Assembly (NCBI GenBank): GCA_021513715.1
Contig: CP084167.1
Span: forward strand, 1,376,001 to 1,440,000
DNA from: Candidatus Heimdallarchaeum endolithica
GTDB taxonomy: Archaea; Asgardarchaeota; Heimdallarchaeia; Heimdallarchaeales; Heimdallarchaeaceae
Reading direction: 5' to 3'
Length of the DNA stretch: 64,000 bases
Of this stretch, positions 48,032 through 57,702 are shown piece by piece. The position numbers were made by a program, and so were the translations under genes. The notes beneath the pieces are model-generated. The model saw nothing but the letters and a program-made list of their open reading frames with translations, searched no databases and was not told the origin of the DNA. The number at the start of each line of letters is the position of its first letter. The first letter of the stretch is position 1.

Positions 48032-49327
48032 TTGAAAGCTATGACATTAAAGATATTCCTTACAATTGGAGGTTTTTTTGTCTTAGATGACAATAATGAA
48101 ATTATATCTACTAAGACTTTTGAACCTGATCCTGCATATGTTAGTACAAAGATCTTTAATTTAGAAAGGTATAATGAATCTGAAGAATTAGATGAGATTC
48201 TAGAAGAATATGCTGACACAGAAATTAAAACTAATTCTAGTTTAATTCGTGATTTTATTCGTTCAAGAGGAAGGAAAGTTTCTTTAGATAATTCATCAGA
48301 AGACTTCTATTCATTTCAAAGTTCATTATTTAGCTATTTAGCAAAACATACTGGTATTAAAACAGATGAGATTTATCATCAGCTTGTCCGTGAAACTAAT
48401 ATATTAATATCAAAAAAGCGTGTTGCTGTCGCCAGCCAACGAACTGACAAAATGGTTGTCCATGCTATATTAAGTTTGGATGATATTGTTACTACAATAA
48501 ATCTTTTCATGAGTCGGATTCGAGAATGGTATGGAATCCATTTTCCTGAAATTTTAAAAGAAGTTGAAAACCATGAAACATTTTGTAAAATCATTACAGA
48601 GATTGGAGCAAGGCAGTTTTACTCTAAAAAAGCATTAGAGCAGTATGGTTTTTCAAATAAAAAAATTGAAAGGATTAACAATTTAGCAAAAAGTTCTATG
48701 GGTGCAGAATATGATAATAAAGACCTTCTTCCTCTTCAACGTTTAACTCAGCAGACTCTGCAATTATTTGAAGAAAAACGTGCTCTTGAGAATTGGATAG
48801 ATGAGCAAATCAATAAGATTGCACCCAATCTTAAAGCAATTGTTGGATCAGCTATTGCAGCTAGACTTATTGCACTAGCTGGAGGTCTTCAAGAAATGGC
48901 ACTTCTTCCCTCTTCAACAATCCAGCTTCTTGGTGCAGAAAAAGCTCTTTTCAGGTCCTTAAAAACAGGTGCAAAACCACCTAAACATGGTGTAATCTAT
49001 CAAACTCCAGAGCTTCATAGTTGTAAGTGGTGGCAAAGAGGAAACATAGCTAGAGCAATTGCTGGTAAGTTAACGATAGCAGCAAGAATTGATGCTTTTC
49101 AAGGAGAATATAGGGGAGACGAACTAAAGATGGATCTTGAGCGGAAAATTGAAGAGATAAAGGAGAAATACAGCGAACCTCCTAAAGGAAAGCAAGACCC
49201 TGCACTAACAAGACAACAAAAACCCAGAGGAAAATCAAAACCCCGTTCTAGACAAAAAAGTTACGATAGGTCCAAAAGTAGAAAGTACAAAGGAAAAAAC
49301 TATTCAAAAAAAGGAAAAAATAGGTGA
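48032..49327 (+). CDS. nop5: C/D box RNP protein Nop5 (Nop56/58)
   Basis: RIREWYGIHFPE; APNL; PSSTIQLLGAEKALFR; PKHGVIY; RGNIARAIAGK. Confidence 0.97.
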   Translation: MKAMTLKIFLTIGGFFVLDDNNEIISTKTFEPDPAYVSTKIFNLERYNESEELDEILEEYADTEIKTNSSLIRDFIRSRGRKVSLDNSSEDFYSFQSSLFSYLAKHTGIKTDEIYHQLVRETNILISKKRVAVASQRTDKMVVHAILSLDDIVTTINLFMSRIREWYGIHFPEILKEVENHETFCKIITEIGARQFYSKKALEQYGFSNKKIERINNLAKSSMGAEYDNKDLLPLQRLTQQTLQLFEEKRALENWIDEQINKIAPNLKAIVGSAIAARLIALAGGLQEMALLPSSTIQLLGAEKALFRSLKTGAKPPKHGVIYQTPELHSCKWWQRGNIARAIAGKLTIAARIDAFQGEYRGDELKMDLERKIEEIKEKYSEPPKGKQDPALTRQQKPRGKSKPRSRQKSYDRSKSRKYKGKNYSKKGKNR

Positions 49328-49333
49328 TAAAAC

Positions 49334-50020
49334 ATGGTAGAGCTAAAAAAACACAATTTTGAAAATCTTTTCTGGCTTCATTTTCCTGATGGAAAGGTTC
49401 GGTTAGCTACTAAAAACAGTGATCCAGGTAAGAAAGTTTATACTGAAAGACTTGTAAATGTAGATGGAAACGAATATAGAACATTTGACCCTTATAAAAG
49501 TAAATTAGCAGCAGCAATTAGATCAGATTTGCAAACTTTTCCTTTCAAAGAAGGAGTGAAAGTTCTTTACTTAGGTGCTGCATCAGGAACTACTGTTTCT
49601 CACGTTTCAGATATTATTGGAGATAATGGAGAAATCTATGCAGTAGAATTTTCCCCCAGATCATTAAGAGATTTAGTAACAGTAGCTGAAAGAAGAAAAA
49701 ATATTATCCCTATTTTAGCTGATGCTCGATATCCTGAGAATTACTCTTTCACTGTTCCTCAAGTTGACATTGTTTTTGAGGATGTTGCACAACCTTTTCA
49801 AACTGAGATTTTATGGTTAAATGCTCAAACCTTTCTTAAAAAAGGAGGGGTTTTCTTTATCGCTGTTAAGGCAAGAAGTATAGATGTTACAACCAACCCA
49901 AAAATAATTTTTGAAAGAGTTAAAAAAGAGATTCTTGAATATGGATTAGAGATACTAGAAGAAATTAATTTAGAACAATATGAAAAGGATCACATGATGT
50001 TTGTAGGTAAAAAACCCTAA
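49334..50020 (+). CDS. flpA: Fibrillarin rRNA 2'-O-methyltransferase
   Basis: VLYLGAASGTTVSHVSD; AVEFSPR; DVAQP; KARSID; YEKDH. Confidence 0.97.
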   Translation: MVELKKHNFENLFWLHFPDGKVRLATKNSDPGKKVYTERLVNVDGNEYRTFDPYKSKLAAAIRSDLQTFPFKEGVKVLYLGAASGTTVSHVSDIIGDNGEIYAVEFSPRSLRDLVTVAERRKNIIPILADARYPENYSFTVPQVDIVFEDVAQPFQTEILWLNAQTFLKKGGVFFIAVKARSIDVTTNPKIIFERVKKEILEYGLEILEEINLEQYEKDHMMFVGKKP

Positions 50021-51144
50021 CCATCAATATTTTCTTTCAACAGCGCATATTTTTTGATATATTCTTTAACTAAATCAAATGCTTTTTTCATTTCTTGTAG
50101 TTCATCTATCGTAAAGGTTGGAACTAATTCTGAAGCAGGATGATCTTCTTCATCAATTATTAAAATAGGTCTTCTTTTTGCTATAGATGCGATTTTTTGT
50201 GTCATTTCTACTCGAGTTATTACATTTTTTCCTTTATTTTCATCCACACACAATAAAACATTTAATCCACTTTTTACGTCATGATTTCCGTGTTCTCCAT
50301 AAGCATCAAAGGGCATTTTTTTAACCCAGAACTGTGAGATTAGACCAAGATCTTCTAACAGAGTTGCAATTTCTTCTTTTCTAGGAGACAACTTTTCTAT
50401 TGAACTAATAGTATCTTCTTCTATTCTGAATTTAATATTAAAAACAGGTATTCCTTGAGTTAAAGAGATATCCAAAATATCTTCTAATAAAATAGCTGTT
50501 TCTGGAGGCGGATTTATTGAATGTTCATATTCGTACATTGTACGTCTTGAAATGCCCACTAAACGAGCTAGTTCGCTATAACTTAAGTTTTTATCTAATC
50601 TTGCTTTTCTTAAACTGTTTCTATTTATTCTAACATAATATCCTCCCCTGCTACAATATACAACAGGAGGTAATCCATCAATCATCAAATTTAGGAAGGT
50701 TTCAAGACTAATTACTGGAATCTCATGTCTAAATAAAACTAATCCATCCTGAATTTCATCAAATCTTTTTCCTCTCACACCTATAATAACAGGAGAAGCT
50801 TGAAGAAAAGCAGATAAATTCTTTAATTCTTGAGCTTGTACCTTTAAGAAATTGTCAATATAAGGTTCAATTTTAATAATAGTTAATTTATTTTCTTTTT
50901 TTGCTATAATATCAAAACATGTATTTGGCGTTTCTGTGAGGTCGACAAATGAATAACTTAGTTTAGTGAAAACTTTAAGGAGAATATTTCTTAGAATCTC
51001 CTTTGCTTGACGAGAAGAGGAATCCATTAACTCTCTTAAGTTTTCATTGAATTGTTTTATGTCGTCCTCAGAAAACATAGCGTCTCCTCTTTTATTTTCA
51101 AAAAACTTCACGTGTTTATAAATATAAATTTGTCTTTCGTGCAA
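50017..51144 (-). CDS. Archaeal HTH transcriptional regulator (COG1395-like)
   Basis: CFDIIAKK; PPVVYCSRGGYYV; LSYSELARLVGISRRTMYEYE; PFDA. Confidence 0.85.
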   Translation of the reverse strand: MHERQIYIYKHVKFFENKRGDAMFSEDDIKQFNENLRELMDSSSRQAKEILRNILLKVFTKLSYSFVDLTETPNTCFDIIAKKENKLTIIKIEPYIDNFLKVQAQELKNLSAFLQASPVIIGVRGKRFDEIQDGLVLFRHEIPVISLETFLNLMIDGLPPVVYCSRGGYYVRINRNSLRKARLDKNLSYSELARLVGISRRTMYEYEHSINPPPETAILLEDILDISLTQGIPVFNIKFRIEEDTISSIEKLSPRKEEIATLLEDLGLISQFWVKKMPFDAYGEHGNHDVKSGLNVLLCVDENKGKNVITRVEMTQKIASIAKRRPILIIDEEDHPASELVPTFTIDELQEMKKAFDLVKEYIKKYALLKENIDG

Positions 51145-51147
51145 AAG

Positions 51148-52740
51148 TTAAAGAGTTTTGCTCATATACGGACCATCTCTTTTATAACCTAGTTTTCTAT
51201 AATAATCTCTTACACCAACACCAGAAATAACTGATATTTTCTTATATCCTCTTTCGACACCAATTTCTTCAGCAATTTGAACTAGTTCTTTTCCAAAACC
51301 TCTATGTTGCCATTCATACTCTTCTTCACCTTTCTTATGAACAGAAAGAGATTCACCGTAAACATGCAACTCCCTGATAACAATTGTGGGTTGAGAGAGA
51401 AATTCTGGTCTATAATTGTCCTCGCTTAACTCTCTTAATCTAAGAAAACCAATAATCACATCGTGTTTTACTTCTTCAAAAGATAAAAAGTGCTCAATTC
51501 CCTTACTTGCTTTATATTTTCTTTTTACTAGTTCAATTGATTGAGGATCAAACTCTCCTTTATTTTTATAGAGATAGTGCCCTACTTCTCTACATCTAAT
51601 ACACCTACATTTTTTACCTTTCGATTTTAAGAAAGCTTGTATGTCTAACCTCAAATCGCTTTTTTTAGGTCCTGCAGCTATTTGATGTGCAGGAATATCA
51701 CGCAAGATTCTTTTTATTCTCACATAAGGAGGAACAAATTCTTTTATTTTGGCAATTAGTTCAATTGTTTCTTCATCAGTTAAAGCTTGATACTCACCTT
51801 TTTTCCATAGATCATAAAGTTTTGTACCAGGTATAACCATTGTAGGATAAATTTTGATTTCATCTGGTTGATAATCTTGTGATTGAAAAATTGTTTTGAA
51901 AGCTTCTATATCTCTTTCTTTTGTTGAACCAGGTAGTCCAGGCATCATATGTGCTGTTATTTTCAACCCTGCATCTTTTGTTAGTTGAATAGCTTTAATT
52001 GAATCAGCAGCAGTGTGTCCTCTAATCATTTTTTCGAAAACATCATCATAAACTGTTTGAATACCTAATTCAAGTCTGGTTACACCATAATTTAACAATT
52101 CATCTATTGTTTGCTTATCTATTTGATCTGGTCTTGTTTCTGCAGTTAACCCAACACATCGATGTTTAGCATGTTCATTAATTTCATGAGCTTCCTCTAT
52201 TGTATTAGAATCTACTCCATTAAAACCATCAAACATTCTTCTGATAAACCATTCTTGATAGTCTTTTGGCTGGTAAGTAAAAGTTCCACCCATAATAATT
52301 GCATCTATTTTCTCTGTAGAATGGCCTATAGCTTCTAATTGATTAATCCTTTCAGTTACTTGAAGATAAGGATCATAATTATTTCTTATCCCTCTTCTAG
52401 AAGTAGGTTCATAACCTGTATAACTTTGAGGTCTGTCAACATCTGGTCCACCAGGACACATAATACATTTGCCATGAGGACAAGCCCAAGGTCTAGTCAT
52501 TACAGCAACAATTGCTACACCAGAAAGTGTTCTAACTCTTCTTTTTATTAAATAAGGACGCAGTTTTTCTAGTTCTTCATCATTACATATAGCAAGAATA
52601 TCACTATTTCTAGGGAAAAAGGATAAAGAATACTCTTTAGCTACTTTTCTCTTTATCTGGTCAATAGTTTTATCATTTAATTTAGACTGACTCAACAACT
52701 GTTTTTTAATTTCAGTAAAAGCAGAAAGAGATTTATTCAT
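51148..52740 (-). CDS. elp3: tRNA uridine(34) acetyltransferase Elp3 (radical SAM plus KAT)
   Basis: RTLSGVAIVAVM; CPHGKCIMCPGG; MGGTF; ETRPD; RELHVYG; QHRGFG; ISGVGVRDYY. Confidence 0.97.
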   Translation of the reverse strand: MNKSLSAFTEIKKQLLSQSKLNDKTIDQIKRKVAKEYSLSFFPRNSDILAICNDEELEKLRPYLIKRRVRTLSGVAIVAVMTRPWACPHGKCIMCPGGPDVDRPQSYTGYEPTSRRGIRNNYDPYLQVTERINQLEAIGHSTEKIDAIIMGGTFTYQPKDYQEWFIRRMFDGFNGVDSNTIEEAHEINEHAKHRCVGLTAETRPDQIDKQTIDELLNYGVTRLELGIQTVYDDVFEKMIRGHTAADSIKAIQLTKDAGLKITAHMMPGLPGSTKERDIEAFKTIFQSQDYQPDEIKIYPTMVIPGTKLYDLWKKGEYQALTDEETIELIAKIKEFVPPYVRIKRILRDIPAHQIAAGPKKSDLRLDIQAFLKSKGKKCRCIRCREVGHYLYKNKGEFDPQSIELVKRKYKASKGIEHFLSFEEVKHDVIIGFLRLRELSEDNYRPEFLSQPTIVIRELHVYGESLSVHKKGEEEYEWQHRGFGKELVQIAEEIGVERGYKKISVISGVGVRDYYRKLGYKRDGPYMSKTL

Positions 52741-52788
52741 CGAAATCTTCGCTCGAATGATAAAAAGACAATATAAATAAAAGATGAT

Positions 52789-52971
52789 TTACATATTATG
52801 TCTGCGTGAACCCATACTTGTTGGTTGGCCTGGAAATTTTCCTTTAATTACTCTTCTAATATAATTATTTCTATGTCCCAATCTTGGAATAGGACTAACA
52901 CGTTCTTTTCCTTGTACTTTTGGCGTTTGTTTTCTTACTTTTCCAGCTTTTTGTAACGAACCGTGACCCAT
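52789..52971 (-). CDS. rps30e: 30S ribosomal protein S30e
   Basis: MGHGSLQKAGKVRKQTPKV. Confidence 0.95.
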   Translation of the reverse strand: MGHGSLQKAGKVRKQTPKVQGKERVSPIPRLGHRNNYIRRVIKGKFPGQPTSMGSRRHNM

Positions 52972-53045
52972 TTAATCACATCCACAAATTTCCTATTTCA
53001 TTGCAGATAAGAACTATATAAAAATATTTAGATTTCGTTGAATTC

Positions 53046-53300
53046 TCAGAAAAATTTGTGCCCAGATAGGAAGGAAATCTTTCTCGATGCTTCAGAGGTC
53101 TGGTAATTGAGGTTATACCTCTTTTGGGGGTTCTGGCAGACTATAAGTCTGTGTTCTGGGGTTTAGAACTTTGTTAGGAGGTCATTCCTATAAAAAAGGG
53201 GGTGTTTAACCAAACTCATTCGCGCCCTACATGGAGGGATTGAGCATCGGTTACTCTTCCTATCTGGTTTACACTTCCCTTTTTTAGTTCTAACTCATCA
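53046..53300 (-). ncRNA. Candidate novel structured non-coding RNA (~250 nt)
   Basis: GC-richer non-coding island; perfect 12-bp helix 53062-53073/53256-53267; helix 53085-53091/53243-53249; 5-6 short internal hairpins; BRE/TATA upstream on the minus strand and a T-tract downstream. Strand inferred from the promoter. Confidence 0.65.
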
Positions 53301-53317
53301 AAGTATCCACAACATTA

Positions 53318-53334
53318 TTTATAAATCTTTTTCT
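53318..53334 (-). promoter_or_regulatory. Archaeal BRE + TATA promoter facing the structured element
   Basis: Minus strand reads AGAAAAAGA-TTTATAAA. Confidence 0.6.
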
Positions 53335-53350
53335 GATTGTAACCTACATT

Positions 53351-54369
53351 TGTTTACTCAATAGACTTGGGTTACACTTTTGGGTACTAGAGAAACATAG
53401 GGGTGATTCATAAATCTTTCTCCTGGGGTGAGGAAGTTAAGAGATTGGTGAGGACGACTAAAATTGTAGTAAGAGCGGTAGTAGGAGAGATCTGCGTTGC
53501 AGTATTTTAGACCTAATCTTTCCATCTCACGGATGATTGTTGGGTCCCATGTAGTCTTTCTACTTTTCCACATGTTTCGGGGTGAAAAACTCTAGCTCTG
53601 ATGTGTTTTATTCCTTCTGTTTGACACCAACGGGAGAAGGTACTTGTTCCTCCTCTAACGGAAGAGAAGAGTGCTCCATTGTCCGTGAGGATAGACTCGG
53701 GGTAACCGTACTCTTTTATTGCTTCCTCTAGTAGATTTATTATCTGCTCTTTTTTTGGTGCAAAAGGGTGGAATTTAGCTCCCAGACAGAATCGTGAGTG
53801 GTCGTCTATCAAGGTTATGAGATGGAGATGTTGTCCCTGTTCTTCTACCCAGAATGGTCCTTTCACATCTATTTGCCAGAGTTCGTTAGGTTTTTGACGT
53901 TCAAAACTCTTGTATCGAGGTCTCTTCCTCTTTTTTCTATTGACCCATAAAGGAAGACCTAACTCTTTTATTACTTTCGTCACTGTCGTCTGAGAGAGTG
54001 CTTTTCCTTCTCTCTTCAACAAATAAGCTATCTTCTCCACATTCATTCCTTGTTTTATTCTTAACTCCCTTATCCTCTCTTTTAACTCCTCATCCACTTT
54101 CCTGTGTATAGTTTTTGGTCTGGAGGATCTATCTTTCCACCAACCATTCTCCTTCAGGGTTCTCTCTGAACCTCTTCAACCACTTATACACAAACTTCCT
54201 ACTCACCATATACTTGTGAGCTATCTCTTTTATCTTCTCTCCTTCCAAAGCTTTTTTAACTACAATTTTTCTTAGTTTCTCCAGGTTACGTTCGGTCTTA
54301 TTCATATTTAATCACTTACCCACGTAACCCACTTCTATTTATTTGTTACCAATGTGAGTGGAGTATACA
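53351..54369 (-). mobile_element. IS481-family insertion sequence (1019 bp), decayed
   Basis: TGT...ACA ends with imperfect ~26-bp TIRs; 16-bp direct repeat GATTGTAACCTACATT at 53335-53350 and 54370-54385; rve-type transposase. Confidence 0.9.
53358..54305 (-). pseudogene. IS481-family transposase pseudogene (two frameshifts)
   Basis: ATG at 54305 begins an HTH (VSRKFVYKWLKRF), frameshift, core PNELWQIDVK/IDDHSR/LTDNG/GKVERLHGT, frameshift, YNFSRPHQSL...TP. Confidence 0.88.
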
Positions 54370-54402
54370 GATTGTAACCTACATTGAAAAAAGAGAAAAA
54401 AA

Positions 54403-55590
54403 TTATAAAATGTCTTTAAAGCAGTTTAAAAAACCAAGAAGAGCGTAAATAGCAGTTCCTTTCCAGAGTACACTTTCATCGACATCAAATTTTGGATGGT
54501 GATGAGGAGCAGTTATACCCTTCTCTTCATTTCTTGTTCCTAGTGTAATAAAAGCCCCTTTAGTCTTTTTTAAATAATAAGCAAAATCTTCTCCACCCAT
54601 CGTCATTTTTGCTTCGCTGACAGTATCTAGAGCTGAGAGAACTTTTTTCGCGAGTTCCACTGCCTCTTCATTATTAACTACAGGGGGGTAAGCAGGATCA
54701 TGCAATTTTATTTCAGCTTCACATCTCCAAGCTTTACTATATCCTTCTGTTACTTCCTTCAATCGTTTGAGAATAAATTCTCTTATCTCCTCATTAAAAG
54801 TTCTAAATGTTCCCTCTAAAACCGCTCTAGCAGGGATTATATTATGTGCATCACTCCCAGATAATCTTGGGCTTGATAAAACAACATGTTCTAAAGGATC
54901 TATTTCTCTTGAGATAATCTTTTGAAGAGCATTATAAATATCTACTAATACAGAAGTAGGGTCAAAAGTCTCATGAGGAGATGCAGCATGTCCTCCTTTT
55001 CCTGTTATTGTAATAATGAAACTATCTGAAGAAGCTAGAAAAGGCCCAACTCTAGTTTCAATTGTTCCTGCATCGTTATCACCCCATACATGTAAACCAT
55101 ATACATAGTCCACATCATCAAGTATCCCCTCCTCTGTAACCAGTTTTCCTCCTCCATCGCCTTCTTCTGCTGGTTGAAAAATCAATTTTATTTTTCCTAC
55201 TAGTTTATCCTTGTGTTCATAGATTATTTTTGCAGCCCCCAATAACATCGCAGTGTGTGCATCATGACCACAAGCATGCATTTTTCCTTTATTTCTACTT
55301 TTATATTCCACTTCATTTTCTTCTTGGACATTTAAAGCATCAATATCAGCCCTTAAACCAATAGTCAATCCAAGTTCTTTTCCTTCTAAAATGGCTAATA
55401 CACCAGTTTTAGCTATTTTCTTTGTTTCATAACCAATTTTTTGAAGTTCTTTTTCGATAAAAACTTGAGTCTCATATTCTTCAAAAGCTGTTTCAGGATT
55501 CATATGTAGATGTCTACGCTTTTCTATTATATAGGAACTTAATTCTTTTGCCTTATTTATAATAATATTTTGTAATTTCTCAGTGCTCAT
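54403..55590 (-). CDS. M20D amidohydrolase/carboxypeptidase
   Basis: RRHLHMNPE; LRADIDAL; MHACGHDAH; FQPAEE; GGEDF; HHPKFD. Confidence 0.95.
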   Translation of the reverse strand: MSTEKLQNIIINKAKELSSYIIEKRRHLHMNPETAFEEYETQVFIEKELQKIGYETKKIAKTGVLAILEGKELGLTIGLRADIDALNVQEENEVEYKSRNKGKMHACGHDAHTAMLLGAAKIIYEHKDKLVGKIKLIFQPAEEGDGGGKLVTEEGILDDVDYVYGLHVWGDNDAGTIETRVGPFLASSDSFIITITGKGGHAASPHETFDPTSVLVDIYNALQKIISREIDPLEHVVLSSPRLSGSDAHNIIPARAVLEGTFRTFNEEIREFILKRLKEVTEGYSKAWRCEAEIKLHDPAYPPVVNNEEAVELAKKVLSALDTVSEAKMTMGGEDFAYYLKKTKGAFITLGTRNEEKGITAPHHHPKFDVDESVLWKGTAIYALLGFLNCFKDIL

Positions 55591-55745
55591 CTAAGTCACA
55601 CCTTACCTAATAAAAAAAGAAATTTTTTGTTTAAAAATATTTTTGAACAAAGATGCTTTCATTCTTTATGAAAAAAATGAACTAGTAACAACTATTTCTC
55701 GCTAAAAAGTAGAATTAATAAACGCTTGAAGTAATTTTATCACAA

Positions 55746-57605
55746 GTGTATAAAATGTCAAAGAACGCCAAGATCCCCGAAGAACGAAAGAAGAAGATAC
55801 CTAAAGGACTTATCTATTTATTGGCCTTGATTTTTATAATAACTTCTATTTTCGCAATAATTGTCTTTGTCCCACAACCTCCTCCTTCAAATGCTCTTTT
55901 TTCTATTTCTATAAGATCATATACAACTGGCTATGAGAAGAGCTATTATTCTGAATACTCTACGACTATTCAAACAAATTTAGGAGAGATAGGGATAAAT
56001 GCAGAAGTAAAGAGCACTGATTATGCTACATTTTTGGATAAAGTTGTAGTGAACAAAGATTACGATTTAGCAATTTTAGAATTTGAGATAGAAAGTGCTC
56101 CCCATCTTGAAGTTTTATTTAGAGAAAATGCGAGTTTAAATATTTTCAACTATAAGAATGATCTAGATAATGGGTATATAATAAACAAAATAGATTTAGC
56201 CGAGAAAACAGTTGACTTTGATGAAAGAAAAAACATCTATTTTGATATTCAAACATATTTAATGGCAAATATTTTACCTTTTATCCCATTGTTCACTCCA
56301 GTAAACACTTATGCTTATTGGAAGCAGGTAAACAATTTTTCTGCAGAGTTGGGTTTATCTGACAGTCTTCCTTACATGTATTTATCCGACCCTTCAAAGG
56401 AGCAACTTAAAGTAGGAATAGGTTATTGGAACAACATAGACCCTCTGAGTTCACAGAGAACTTCTGAGAAAGAACTTGTTTCTCTTTTTATGGACAAATT
56501 AATTAAAACATCTCCAGATGGCTCTATTATTGATGGAGGACTAATTAAAGATTGGAAATTTGAAAATGAGACCACGTTGTTACTTACAGTTAGACCAAAT
56601 GTTTATTGGCAACCAGATGTAGATAATGAATATACAGATGAACCATTTACTATAGACGATGTGATTTTTACTCTAAATGTTTTTAAGAGTCCTTATGTAA
56701 ATAATGAGTTTCACAAATATGATTGGATCAAAAAGATAACAAAAGTTAACGAAACTACAATTTCAATTACCATAGATGCTGATAGAGAAACAAAAATAAA
56801 TGAACCTTATGCTTATGCTTTAGATGATTTAAGCATTTATGCTCTTCCAGAGCACTATCTTAATGTTACTGGATCATGGGAAGGGATAACTAGTTCAACT
56901 AAATGGGTGAAGTTTAGTTCCTATCCTTTTGGAACAGGTAAATATAAAATTAATTTTGACGAAACTGAAAAAGGTGTTACTATCGTTTTTGATAAATTTG
57001 CCAATTGGCATGGAGCAGGGGTAATACCTAACGTTCCAACAGAATTAAGTATCGAATCTTTATGGATAAACACTTACAGAGACAATTATGCTTTGCTTCT
57101 TTCTTTACAAAATAATGATATAGATTTTGCTATTTTTGGTAAAGATTCACAGATAGCAAATTCTTTATCAACTTCTGAAATAGAAATTCAACACTCTCCA
57201 TCAAACTCAATAGTTGTACTTGCTATCAACTTAAACAATCAATACTTTGGTGGAGAAAATAACTATATCAACACTACAGAAACATCCATTTCTAAAGCAT
57301 TAGCTGTTCGAAAAGCAATTGCCTATGCAGTAAACAGAGAGCAATTAAATCAAGGTTTTCATGACGAATTTTATATCATAACAGACACAATAATTCCCTA
57401 TGGAACTAAATACTATTATTCAGGAACAGAAAAATATGATTTTTCAATTCAAAAAGCGATAAGCTACTTAGAGTTGGCAGGTTTCACTGCAAAAACGCAA
57501 AATTCTGAAACTAGTACAGCTCCTGAAACATTCTGGTTTTCATTAATAGCTATTATACTTATCCCAACATTCAAATTTATACGTCAATATAAAAAAAGGA
57601 AATAA
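55746..57605 (+). CDS. Family-5 ABC solute-binding protein, circularly permuted, TM at both ends
   Basis: IQTNLGEIGI, ERKNIYFDIQ and PFIPL (normally C-terminal) precede NIDPL, PFTIDDVIFT, GTGKY, VRKAIAYAVNR and KAISYLELAGF. Confidence 0.8.
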   Translation: MYKMSKNAKIPEERKKKIPKGLIYLLALIFIITSIFAIIVFVPQPPPSNALFSISIRSYTTGYEKSYYSEYSTTIQTNLGEIGINAEVKSTDYATFLDKVVVNKDYDLAILEFEIESAPHLEVLFRENASLNIFNYKNDLDNGYIINKIDLAEKTVDFDERKNIYFDIQTYLMANILPFIPLFTPVNTYAYWKQVNNFSAELGLSDSLPYMYLSDPSKEQLKVGIGYWNNIDPLSSQRTSEKELVSLFMDKLIKTSPDGSIIDGGLIKDWKFENETTLLLTVRPNVYWQPDVDNEYTDEPFTIDDVIFTLNVFKSPYVNNEFHKYDWIKKITKVNETTISITIDADRETKINEPYAYALDDLSIYALPEHYLNVTGSWEGITSSTKWVKFSSYPFGTGKYKINFDETEKGVTIVFDKFANWHGAGVIPNVPTELSIESLWINTYRDNYALLLSLQNNDIDFAIFGKDSQIANSLSTSEIEIQHSPSNSIVVLAINLNNQYFGGENNYINTTETSISKALAVRKAIAYAVNREQLNQGFHDEFYIITDTIIPYGTKYYYSGTEKYDFSIQKAISYLELAGFTAKTQNSETSTAPETFWFSLIAIILIPTFKFIRQYKKRK

Positions 57606-57702
57606 TGCTCTATCTATTTTCCCCCATCTAATTTTTTCTCTTTTAATATAAGAAAATTTCTGGTCAATAGAAACTTTTTTTAGAGGATTTTAGGATTGTA
57701 AG

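Noticed and set aside
53062-53267. Structured element as a MITE
   Set aside because: No flanking target duplication and single copy in this window; not fully excluded without the whole genome.
53046-53300. Structured element as RNase P RNA, SRP RNA, tRNA or canonical H/ACA guide
   Set aside because: No GAGGAAAGUCC/CR-V pair in the correct positions; no SRP helix-8 motif; no tRNA T-loop. An ACA follows the basal stem but lies ~25 nt from the top of the internal loop rather than 14-16.
53358-54305. Programmed frameshift in the IS481 transposase
   Set aside because: Two separate frame breaks with no obvious slippery heptamer; IS481 transposases are normally single ORFs, so decay or sequencing error is more likely.
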